32,000 bases of DNA from Synechococcus sp. A15-28. Lineage in GTDB: Bacteria > Cyanobacteriota > Cyanobacteriia > PCC-6307 > Cyanobiaceae. Below are positions 19,926-27,258 of the stretch, in pieces. Position numbers and translations under genes: made by a program. Position 1 is the first letter of the stretch. The number at the start of each line of letters is the position of its first letter. Under the pieces are notes generated by a model that had not been told where the DNA came from, did not search any database, and was given only the letters and a program-made list of their open reading frames with translations. The DNA lies in NCBI RefSeq assembly GCF_014280175.1, contig NZ_CP047931.1, positions 720,001 to 752,000 of the forward strand. The letters run 5' to 3'.

Positions 19926-20176
19926 GAGTCCTGCAGCTCCAAAGACCAGTCTTCAATCACTGGATTGGCCAGAAGGCGGTCGCTCAGCAATTCCAGCCGG
20001 CGGCGCGCTTCTTCGGCATCAGGGGCGTCCAGTTCCAACTCGACGGCCTTTCCGATCCGCAGCTTGCTGATGCCCTCCACCCCCAGGCGCTCAGCGGCTC
20101 CGCGGGTGGCTTCACCAGCAGGATCGAGCACCGAGGGGCGCAGGCGCACAAGGACGCGGGCTTGGTAACGCGGCAC
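19922..20176 (-). CDS. purS: Phosphoribosylformylglycinamidine synthase subunit PurS
   Basis: 84 aa, [53 protein letters not shown]; 4-nt overlap with purQ. Confidence 0.93.
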   Translation of the reverse strand: MPRYQARVLVRLRPSVLDPAGEATRGAAERLGVEGISKLRIGKAVELELDAPDAEEARRRLELLSDRLLANPVIEDWSLELQDS

Positions 20177-20281
20177 GGTGACCAGCAGGGCTGCTCAAAT
20201 CCTGCCAGACCGTTCCGGATCAAGAATCAGAACACCGGATTCGGTGCAGGCCACACTTGTTACAAGACGCGTGTTTCGGCG

Positions 20282-20593
20282 ATGTCGGTGTTCACCGTTC
20301 CATGCTCCAGTTGTGGTGCGGCTGTGGAGATTCCGGGTCGCCTCGGCTTCAAATTGAAAAGTTCCGGTGCCGGCAGGCTGCTCTGCCGACGATGCCGGCA
20401 GAGCAGCTTTCTGAAGGTGAGGCGGCAGCAACTGGCTCGCGACGTTGGCAATCAGACCCTGCTTCAACGGTCTGTCCCCTGGGCAGCCGTGCTGATCAGC
20501 CTGGCCCTGACGGCGGGCCTGGTGTGGTGGCACCAGGCTCATTCGAATCATCCTCAGGATGCTTTGCCTGAAAGGGTGTCGCCTTCGAGGTAA
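20282..20593 (+). CDS. Hypothetical small zinc-ribbon-like membrane protein
   Basis: ATG at 20282: MSVFTVPCSSCGAAVEIPGRLGFKLKSSGAGRLLCRRCRQSSFLKVRRQQ...VPWAAVLISLALTAGLVWW. Two CxxC pairs plus one TM segment. Confidence 0.6.
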   Translation: MSVFTVPCSSCGAAVEIPGRLGFKLKSSGAGRLLCRRCRQSSFLKVRRQQLARDVGNQTLLQRSVPWAAVLISLALTAGLVWWHQAHSNHPQDALPERVSPSR

Positions 20594-21618
20594 AGGGTCT
20601 GGCTCGGGAAGGCAAACTCGATGCCCTGCTGCGCGAAGGCTTCCATAATCCCCAGATTGATGGCCTGCTGCGCATTCAGAGCCGTGGTGTAATCCCTTGT
20701 ATTGATGTAATACACAAGCTCAAAATTGAGACTGGAGTCGCCGAATTCGGTGAAGTGGCAGCGGCTGAAATTTGTGTTGTCAACCCCATTGATCACCTCT
20801 TCAATCATGGATGGGATGGCTTTCATCTGATCCACTGTGGTGTCGTAAGTGACGCCGAGTGAGTAGATCATTCGCCGGCTGCTCATGTCGGCGAAATTCA
20901 GGATTGTCGTGTTGGTCAGCGCTGAGTTGTTCATGACCACGATTTCCCCTCTCAAACTGCGCAGATGTGTCGAGCGGACGCCGATGCGTTCCACCGTGGC
21001 CCAGGTGGAACCCGCATTGATGAACTGACCTACCGTGAACGGCTTGTCCAGCAGGATCATCAGATAGGCGAACAATTCCTGGGCAGGATCTTTCAGGGCC
21101 AAGCCAATACCGATGCCACCAGCACTGAGCAGTGCCCAGATGGCGGCAAGTTTGACACCAAGGCTCTGAAAGAGCACCAGCGCACCGATCATCCAGACCA
21201 ATGCCTTGATGAGGGGCTTCAGGCTGATGAACAGTTGCTGGAGGTCATCTCCTGCCCGCTGGGAAATGCCCTCGATAAAGCGAAGTCCAACCCGATTGGC
21301 AAAACGGACGAGCACGACCGTGCCAAAGATTCGCAACAGAACGTCGTAGGCCCGTTTGATGTCATTGGGTAGGCCGAGGTCGTCCTGGACCAGGATGAGA
21401 ACAACAATGATTCCGAACGGAAGAACGGAATCAGAGAGTGCACGAAGGACGAAATCATCGAAATCGCCAGGCGTTTTTCGAGTGAACCTCGGGAAGACGT
21501 TTCGCAGCAGAAAAGACACCACCAGGGTGATAGCGAACCCAACCAGAACGTGGATTAGAAGATTAGTCAGGTTCAAGCCAGACTCGAAAACTTTGGGTGA
21601 TTCTGTGGGACGTGCCAA
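20554..21618 (-). CDS. Mechanosensitive ion channel (MscS family)
   Basis: Hydrophobic N-terminal helices; LLSAGGIGIGLALKDPAQELFAYLMILLDKPFTVGQFINAGSTWATVERIGVRSTHLRSLRGEIVVMNNSALTNTTILNFADMSSRRMIYSLGVTYDT. Confidence 0.92.
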   Translation of the reverse strand: MARPTESPKVFESGLNLTNLLIHVLVGFAITLVVSFLLRNVFPRFTRKTPGDFDDFVLRALSDSVLPFGIIVVLILVQDDLGLPNDIKRAYDVLLRIFGTVVLVRFANRVGLRFIEGISQRAGDDLQQLFISLKPLIKALVWMIGALVLFQSLGVKLAAIWALLSAGGIGIGLALKDPAQELFAYLMILLDKPFTVGQFINAGSTWATVERIGVRSTHLRSLRGEIVVMNNSALTNTTILNFADMSSRRMIYSLGVTYDTTVDQMKAIPSMIEEVINGVDNTNFSRCHFTEFGDSSLNFELVYYINTRDYTTALNAQQAINLGIMEAFAQQGIEFAFPSQTLYLEGDTLSGKAS

Positions 21619-21633
21619 GGATTGGCAACATCC

Positions 21634-22251
21634 TCAGCTTCTTTTGAGCACCAGAGTGTTGTTGTTTGCAGGCATCTCATGACAGCCGATGGTGTCCATG
21701 GGGAGAGGTCCCAGCAGGGAGTCAATCCATTGCAGATCCCGCAGCCCCCAGAGGGGGTTGCGTTGTCGTAACGAGACGTCGAAGGCGGCATTGCTGGCAC
21801 TGGTCTGACGCCCGTTGCGGCAAAACGGTCCGTAGATGATCAGCAATCCATCCTCCGGGAGCCGCTCGCAGGCTTCCATTAAGAGCGCTTCCGTGCAGGT
21901 GGGTGGGCTGATGTGCAGCAGATTGATGCACACCATGGTCTTCAGATCGTCAGTGACATGGCTGGGGAGGCTCCATGGTCGTTGCTCGACATCCAGTTCA
22001 AGGGCATGGGGCATGACGTGATCCAATCCGGCATGGCGGATCCAGCTGTTGATGCTGGCGCGGTGATCGGGGTTTGGATCGCTTGCCTGCCAACGCAGTC
22101 CTGGGAAGCGTTGCTGGAACGCCACCGCATGTTCCCCGCTGCCGCTCGCAAGTTCGAGCACTACCCCACGCGCCGGCAGCATCCTTTCGAGCAGATCCCC
22201 GATCGGCTCTCGGTTGCGCTCCGTGGCAGGGAAGAACAAGCGCTGATCCAT
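21634..22251 (-). CDS. DUF938-family putative SAM-dependent methyltransferase
   Basis: FFPATERNREPIGDLLERMLPARGVVLELASGSGEHAVAFQQRFPGLRWQASDPNPDHRASI...MVCINLLHISPPTCTEALL. Confidence 0.82.
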   Translation of the reverse strand: MDQRLFFPATERNREPIGDLLERMLPARGVVLELASGSGEHAVAFQQRFPGLRWQASDPNPDHRASINSWIRHAGLDHVMPHALELDVEQRPWSLPSHVTDDLKTMVCINLLHISPPTCTEALLMEACERLPEDGLLIIYGPFCRNGRQTSASNAAFDVSLRQRNPLWGLRDLQWIDSLLGPLPMDTIGCHEMPANNNTLVLKRS

Positions 22252-22260
22252 GGATACGGC

Positions 22261-22578
22261 TCACTCGGAACAGGGTGAAGCTGGTTGCGTGCAGCAACCG
22301 CGCAGGTTGGCCAGCCACTGTTCGAGTGCGGACAGGGCATGGGGTTCCAACCGGTAATAGATCCAGCGACCGCTTTGGCGATCTGCCAGCAGCCCCGCCT
22401 CGCGCAGCACCCTGAGGTGAAAGGAGAGCTTGGATTGGGAGAGGTTGAGATCTGTGGTCAGATCACACACGCAGCGTTCCCCATTCGCCAGAGCATGGAT
22501 CACCTCGAGGCGAATCGGGTCGGCCAAGGCCTTGAGCATTTGCCTGGACTGGTCGGTGCTGAGGGTGTTCTGAATCAC
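22261..22578 (-). CDS. arsR: ArsR/SmtB-family transcriptional regulator, As(III)-sensor type
   Basis: [63 protein letters not shown]; CVCDL motif as in classical ArsR; GTG start at 22578. Confidence 0.88.
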   Translation of the reverse strand: MIQNTLSTDQSRQMLKALADPIRLEVIHALANGERCVCDLTTDLNLSQSKLSFHLRVLREAGLLADRQSGRWIYYRLEPHALSALEQWLANLRGCCTQPASPCSE

Positions 22579-22605
22579 AGGAGCTGCTTCCCTCGACCTG
22601 TTTGG

Positions 22606-22621
22606 ATCAACATAATTTGAT
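22606..22621. promoter_or_regulatory. Candidate ArsR operator between divergent arsR and gapdh
   Basis: ATCAA-CATAAT-TTGAT inverted repeat in the 59-bp arsR/gapdh intergenic region, 16 bp upstream of the gapdh ATG (22638). Imperfect in the centre. Confidence 0.5.
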
Positions 22622-22637
22622 TGATTGCGAGGCAGCC

Positions 22638-23660
22638 ATGCGGATTGGCATCAACGGCTTTGGACGGATTGGTCGTCTGGTGTTCAGGGCCCTCTGGGGC
22701 AGACCTGGCATCGAACTGGTGCACGTCAATGATCCCGCGGGCGACGCGGCCACGGCGGCCCACCTGTTGGAGTTCGATTCCGTCCACGGTCGCTGGGATC
22801 GAAGCATCACCAGCAGCGCCGATGGATTCAGCGTTGAGGGATCCCAGCTCACCTGGTCCAGTCAAAAGGATCCCACCGCTGTGCCCTGGACCGATCGGGG
22901 TGTGGAGATGGTGCTCGAGGCCAGCGGCAAGATCAAGACGCCGGAAACCCTCAATCCCTATTTCGATCAGCTGGGCCTCAAGCGGGTGGTGGTGGCCTGT
23001 CCCGTGAAGGGTGAGGTGGCTGGTGAAGAGGCCCTCAACATCGTCTACGGCATCAACCATCACCTGTATGAGCCGGCGCGGCACAAGTTGGTGACAGCCG
23101 CTTCATGCACCACCAACTGCCTGGCACCGGTGGTGAAGGTGGTGCACGAGAGCTTCGGCATTGAGCACGGAATGATCACCACCATTCACGACATCACCAA
23201 CACCCAGGTGCCGATCGATGCCTTCAAGAGTGATCTGCGCCGAGCCCGTTCCGGACTCACCTCACTGATCCCAACCACCACCGGCTCGGCCAAGGCAATC
23301 GCGATGATTTTCCCTGAGCTTAAGGGCAAGCTCAATGGTCATGCCGTACGCGTGCCTCTGTTGAACGGCTCTCTCACCGATGCCGTGTTCGAGCTCAATC
23401 AAAGCGTCACGGTGGAACAGGTGAATGCTGCGTTCAAGGCCGCTTCAGAGGGGCCGTTAAAAGGAATCCTGGGCTATGAAGAGCGCCCGTTGGTGTCCTG
23501 CGATTACACCAACGACAACCGCAGCTCGATCATCGATGCCCTGTCGACGATGGTCGTGGATGACAACCAGCTGAAGGTGTTCGCCTGGTACGACAACGAG
23601 TGGGGCTACAGCTGCCGCATGGCAGATATCACCTGCCACGTGGTGGGGCTGGACGCGTGA
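22638..23660 (+). CDS. ArsJ-associated glyceraldehyde-3-phosphate dehydrogenase
   Basis: [21 protein letters not shown]...[35 protein letters not shown]...[12 protein letters not shown]; identity as the arsenate-linked paralogue inferred from the adjacent arsJ and arsR. Confidence 0.92.
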   Translation: MRIGINGFGRIGRLVFRALWGRPGIELVHVNDPAGDAATAAHLLEFDSVHGRWDRSITSSADGFSVEGSQLTWSSQKDPTAVPWTDRGVEMVLEASGKIKTPETLNPYFDQLGLKRVVVACPVKGEVAGEEALNIVYGINHHLYEPARHKLVTAASCTTNCLAPVVKVVHESFGIEHGMITTIHDITNTQVPIDAFKSDLRRARSGLTSLIPTTTGSAKAIAMIFPELKGKLNGHAVRVPLLNGSLTDAVFELNQSVTVEQVNAAFKAASEGPLKGILGYEERPLVSCDYTNDNRSSIIDALSTMVVDDNQLKVFAWYDNEWGYSCRMADITCHVVGLDA

Positions 23661-24910
23661 AGCTCTCCGCTCTTCAGCAGTACGGCATCGTCACCGCCAA
23701 CTACTGGGCGTTCACGCTCACCGATGGTGCCCTGCGAATGCTGGTGGTGTTCCATTTCCACCAACTCGGCTACACCACCCTCGAGATTGCATTCCTTTTT
23801 CTCTTCTACGAATTCTTCGGGGTGGTCACCAACCTCTACGGGGGGTGGATCGGTGCGCGCTACGGCCTCCGGCTCACCCTCTGGGTGGGCACGTTGCTGC
23901 AGATCCTGTCGCTGGTGATGCTGATTCCTGTCGCAGCCAGCTGGCCGAAGCTGCTGAGCGTGGTTTACGTGATGGTGGCCCAGGCCATCAGTGGGATCGC
24001 CAAGGACCTCAACAAGATGAGTGCCAAGAGCGCTATCAAGACGGTGGTGCCGGAAACGCCAGACGATGAACAGCAGGGTCAGAAACAGCTGTTCAAATGG
24101 GTGGCGATCCTCACCGGATCGAAGAACGCGCTCAAGGGCGTCGGCTTCTTCCTGGGCGGTGTTCTGCTGACGCTGTTTGGATTCAATGCGGCCGTGGGCT
24201 GGATGGCTGCCGGTCTTGCCCTGGCCTTCCTGCTGACACTGGTGCTGCCGGGTGAGATCGGAAAAATGAAGTCCAAGCCGGCTTTCTCATCCCTGTTCTC
24301 CAAGTCCGAGGGCATCAACAAACTCTCTCTGGCCCGCTTCTTCCTGTTCGGTGCCCGTGATGTCTGGTTCGTGGTGGCACTACCTGTGTTCCTGGAGGCT
24401 TCCCTGGGCTGGAACTTCGAGCAGGTGGGTGCCTTCATGGGCACCTGGGTCATCGGTTACGGCATCGTGCAGGGGTCGGCTCCTGCCCTGCGACGACTCT
24501 GGGGGCAGACCTCTTCACCTGGGGTCGCGGCCGTGCAGTTCTGGAGTGCTCTGCTCACCGCCATTCCCGCTTTGATCGGAGTCGCGCTCTGGCGTGATGC
24601 CAACGTTGCCATTGCCATTACCGCTGGCTTGGCGGCATTCGGGGTGGTGTTCGCGATGAACTCCTCCATCCACTCCTACATGGTGCTTGCCTACACCGAT
24701 GCCGAGAGTGTCAGCCTCAACGTGGGTTTCTATTACATGGCCAACGCTGCGGGACGTCTGATCGGGACCCTGCTGTCGGGGGCAGTGTTCATGCTCGGTC
24801 GCACCGAATCCGGTGGCATGCAGGCTTGCCTGTGGACATCGTCACTGCTTGTGCTGTTGGCCTGGTTGAGCAGCCTGCGGCTTCCTGCTCCCCTGAGGAC
24901 TGTCTCTTGA
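23657..24910 (+). CDS. arsJ: ArsJ-type MFS exporter (1-arseno-3-phosphoglycerate efflux permease)
   Basis: About 12-TM MFS protein: [74 protein letters not shown]; GTG start overlapping the gapdh stop (GTGA). Confidence 0.9.
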   Translation: MKLSALQQYGIVTANYWAFTLTDGALRMLVVFHFHQLGYTTLEIAFLFLFYEFFGVVTNLYGGWIGARYGLRLTLWVGTLLQILSLVMLIPVAASWPKLLSVVYVMVAQAISGIAKDLNKMSAKSAIKTVVPETPDDEQQGQKQLFKWVAILTGSKNALKGVGFFLGGVLLTLFGFNAAVGWMAAGLALAFLLTLVLPGEIGKMKSKPAFSSLFSKSEGINKLSLARFFLFGARDVWFVVALPVFLEASLGWNFEQVGAFMGTWVIGYGIVQGSAPALRRLWGQTSSPGVAAVQFWSALLTAIPALIGVALWRDANVAIAITAGLAAFGVVFAMNSSIHSYMVLAYTDAESVSLNVGFYYMANAAGRLIGTLLSGAVFMLGRTESGGMQACLWTSSLLVLLAWLSSLRLPAPLRTVS

Positions 24911-25404
24911 AACGGTCCATCGCAGCTGCTTGCTTTTACAGTCTGCTGCTGCAGTGCCCTGCCTTGGCCCAGGAAAGAGCGAAGGTTCTGAGTGTGCATA
25001 ACGGACAGCAGCTGTTGATTGAAATCAACGGTCAGGGCCGAACGCTTCGTTTGGCATGCTTGCAAGCCCCCCGCAGCCAACAGCAGCCTTGGTCTTCTCA
25101 GGCTTTTGCGGTCATGCAGGAGCTGGTTCGTCCTGGGGTTGAGGGTGGTTTTGAACTCAGGGCGAGGGATGTTTACGGTCGTCTTGTGGATCGTTTCTTG
25201 ATCAACGGTCGGGACCTTGGTGCCGACCTGGTCCAACGCGGCGCGGTGTTCGCCTGGGATGGGTTCTTGGGCCGATGTGATGACCTTGCCTACGACACCA
25301 TCGAGGCCGAGGCCAGAGCATCTCGACGAGGTGTTTGGTCTGCGCCAAAAGGGCTGCAGCGGCCTTGGGACCTGATGGAAGATTCAAACGACGGAGAGCC
25401 TTGA
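24907..25404 (+). CDS. Thermonuclease (SNase)-like secreted protein, catalytic residues apparently degenerate
   Basis: Signal-like [23 protein letters not shown], then AKVLSVHNGQQLLIEINGQGRTLRLACLQAPR...FELRARDVYGRLVDRFLINGRDLGADLVQRGAVFAW. TTG start overlaps the arsJ stop. Confidence 0.72.
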   Translation: MKRSIAAACFYSLLLQCPALAQERAKVLSVHNGQQLLIEINGQGRTLRLACLQAPRSQQQPWSSQAFAVMQELVRPGVEGGFELRARDVYGRLVDRFLINGRDLGADLVQRGAVFAWDGFLGRCDDLAYDTIEAEARASRRGVWSAPKGLQRPWDLMEDSNDGEP

Positions 25405-25456
25405 GATCCGTGAGTGAAGGCTGAGGAATTTCGAATCAGTTGCGATCTGCCGTCTC

Positions 25457-25618
25457 TTGATTGATGCCAAGCGATCCTTGAAGGATGTTCGGAAGACGTT
25501 GGCGGCGGTTCACAATCAGTTGGAAGGGATGCATGATCTGAAGCGAGCCGGCCGTGCCGGTATGTCCTCCCGATCCTCGTCCTCGTGTTCGAAAACGATC
25601 GACGTCCTGGCTGGTTGA
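25457..25618 (+). CDS. Possible unlisted small ORF (53 aa)
   Basis: TTG-initiated frame reads (M)IDAKRSLKDVRKTLAAVHNQLEGMHDLKRAGRAGMSSRSSSSCSKTIDVLAG*; protein-like helical N-terminal half in an otherwise unassigned ~300-bp gap. Confidence 0.3.
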   Translation: MIDAKRSLKDVRKTLAAVHNQLEGMHDLKRAGRAGMSSRSSSSCSKTIDVLAG

Positions 25619-25670
25619 ACTGGTTGTTCCTGGCGATGTTCCTCTGGTCGTCCTGGCAACTGGTGGGGTT

Positions 25671-25701
25671 CTGGGCGCAGCAGCTTCATCGCTGAGCCCA
25701 G
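25671..25701. terminator. Stem-loop between convergent genes, possible terminator without a T tract
   Basis: CTGGGCGCAGC-AGCTTCATC-GCTGAGCCCAG: 10 of 11 arm positions pair; located just outside the stop codon of the 25707-25958 gene. Confidence 0.35.
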
Positions 25702-25706
25702 CTGGA

Positions 25707-25958
25707 TCAGGCGAAGCTCACCAGACGGATCGTGCCCCAGAGGTCGAACACGCAGAAGATCAGTCCAATCACGATGATGTCCCAGGCGCGATGACGGATC
25801 GCCCAAGGGGCCAGGAACAGTTCGGCAATGCCATGAAGTGCTGTGCCAAGAGCAATGTGCTCCAGCACAAGCAAGCCATGGGCGAGCAGGAATAAACCGC
25901 TGGCCACACACCGCATCAGAACTTGCCAGTTTCCAAGCAAAATCTTGTTTTCTGGCAT
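25707..25958 (-). CDS. Small hypothetical membrane protein
   Basis: 83 aa, hydrophobic: CVASGLFLLAHGLLVLEHIALGTALHGIAELFLAPWAIRHRAWDIIVIGLIFCVFDLWGTIRLVSFA; ATG start. Confidence 0.55.
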   Translation of the reverse strand: MPENKILLGNWQVLMRCVASGLFLLAHGLLVLEHIALGTALHGIAELFLAPWAIRHRAWDIIVIGLIFCVFDLWGTIRLVSFA

Positions 25959-26013
25959 TGGTCAAGAAGATTACGTGGGTTGCGCTCGCGGCTCAAGGGC
26001 TGAACGGGCCACA

Positions 26014-26033
26014 ATGTAACAACTCTGTTACAT
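26014..26033. promoter_or_regulatory. Perfect inverted repeat, candidate operator
   Basis: ATGTAACA-ACTC-TGTTACAT, 8-bp perfect arms, 8 bp upstream of the ATG at 26042. Confidence 0.5.
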
Positions 26034-26041
26034 CTCTTCTC

Positions 26042-26230
26042 ATGACCCTCGGCGAAGTTCTCCTCACCTCCCTGAGCAGTGGTGTGATCACTCAGGACGA
26101 GGTCGACTGGGTGGCCTCCCATCAGCACCGCTTCAGTCGGGAGGAGGTGGCCTCGGCACTCCGCCTCGGTCGGCTCATCGATACCGGCAACGTTAATCTG
26201 GGGTGCCGCCTGCCCGCATCCTTGAATTGA
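26042..26230 (+). CDS. Small hypothetical protein
   Basis: ATG at 26042: MTLGEVLLTSLSSGVITQDEVDWVASHQHRFSREEVASALRLGRLIDTGNVNLGCRLPASLN; composition is protein-like. Confidence 0.6.
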   Translation: MTLGEVLLTSLSSGVITQDEVDWVASHQHRFSREEVASALRLGRLIDTGNVNLGCRLPASLN

Positions 26231-26245
26231 CGGCAAACTGGCCCC

Positions 26246-26473
26246 ATGCGCAAAGAACGCTGCTGGGTCTGGTTCCGTGGCGGTCTGAATGAAGCCAGCC
26301 GCTGGGTTGGTGGATTTCAGGCCACCACGGACGCTGAGCCAGGAGTTCTGATTCAGCATCCGGGCTATCGGGACGCTCGCGTGCCCTCATGGCGTGTGAC
26401 CACCAGTGAGCCTGCTGATCTGAACTCTCCTCCTGCTGGTCTGGATGAATCCGGACCGTGGCAGTTCTTCTGA
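26246..26473 (+). CDS. Small hypothetical protein
   Basis: 75 aa: MRKERCWVWFRGGLNEASRWVGGFQATTDAEPGVLIQHPGYRDARVPSWRVTTSEPADLN... Confidence 0.5.
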   Translation: MRKERCWVWFRGGLNEASRWVGGFQATTDAEPGVLIQHPGYRDARVPSWRVTTSEPADLNSPPAGLDESGPWQFF

Positions 26474-26491
26474 TCCACGCCATCAAGCAAA

Positions 26492-26713
26492 ATGGTGATG
26501 AGTTCATGGCTGGGCCCTGTGGCAACTGCTGCTGAGAAGAAAGACATCGTCAAGAAGCGCCTGCAGGAGCTGCGCAACATGTGTCGCGACCACTACGCGG
26601 TGGTGGCAGAGGAAAGCACGATGCCTGACCCGGCTGATGTGCGGGCCACAAATGCAAAACTCCAGGAGCTGATGGATCTCTTGGACGGGAAAGCCAAGTG
26701 GGACGACGCCTGA
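26492..26713 (+). CDS. Small hypothetical protein
   Basis: 73 aa, charged helical: AATAEKK-like region EKKDIVKKRLQELRNMCRDHYAVVAEESTMPDPADVRATNAKLQELMDLLDGKAKW (ORF protein MVMSSWLGPVATAAEKKDIV...). Confidence 0.5.
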   Translation: MVMSSWLGPVATAAEKKDIVKKRLQELRNMCRDHYAVVAEESTMPDPADVRATNAKLQELMDLLDGKAKWDDA

Positions 26714-26728
26714 AAAAACGGGTTGCAG

Positions 26729-27253
26729 TCAGCCAGGATCGATTGCAGCAGTTGTACTGAGTTGCACGTCGCGCTCTGAAACCAGTAGTCCGCCCGATTC
26801 ATCCAGGTTGTTGATGCTGATCGTTGATGCTGGGTCTGGGTAACCCATTTCAACCGGGGCAACGGTTTCAAATCCTTTGATGGTCATGGCTGCGCCGTCC
26901 TTCGTCATGTGGGTCACCCCTTTGATCTGTTCAAATTCATAGAGTCCAGGGGGGAGCCTCAGGGTGTCTGATCCCTTGCCCCCGTGGACAAGGGATTGAT
27001 TGCCGAATCCCAGGAAGACTTCTTTGCCATTGCCGAGTTTGATCTTGCCGGTGCCATCCAGTCCTCCAGCAAGAACATTCAGCTTGTCAGATCCTTTCCC
27101 CAGCTTGATCACTCCATGGTTGTGAAGCGCTTGGTGAGATTCACTTGCAATGGCTTCAATCTGATCTTTTCCTTTGCCCATGAGCAGTGACCCATCAACC
27201 GTTAAAGCTGTTCCTTCGGAGTTGCTGAACGTGAGTGAATCACTGCCACGCAA
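26729..27253 (-). CDS. RTX/haemolysin-type Ca-binding-like protein or C-terminal fragment
   Basis: Repeated G-x-G-x-D-type units: LLMGKGKDQIEA, VIKLGKGSDKLNVLAGG, KIKLGNGKEVFLGFG, LVHGGKGSDTLRL. Only a TTG start is available; the frame is open back to 27386. Confidence 0.55.
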   Translation of the reverse strand: MRGSDSLTFSNSEGTALTVDGSLLMGKGKDQIEAIASESHQALHNHGVIKLGKGSDKLNVLAGGLDGTGKIKLGNGKEVFLGFGNQSLVHGGKGSDTLRLPPGLYEFEQIKGVTHMTKDGAAMTIKGFETVAPVEMGYPDPASTISINNLDESGGLLVSERDVQLSTTAAIDPG

Positions 27254-27258
27254 TGTTT

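Noticed and set aside
26014-26033. NtcA or CRP binding site
   Set aside because: GTA to TAC spacing is 10 nt rather than 8, and TGTAA/TTACA spacing is 8 rather than the 6 expected for a CRP-type site.
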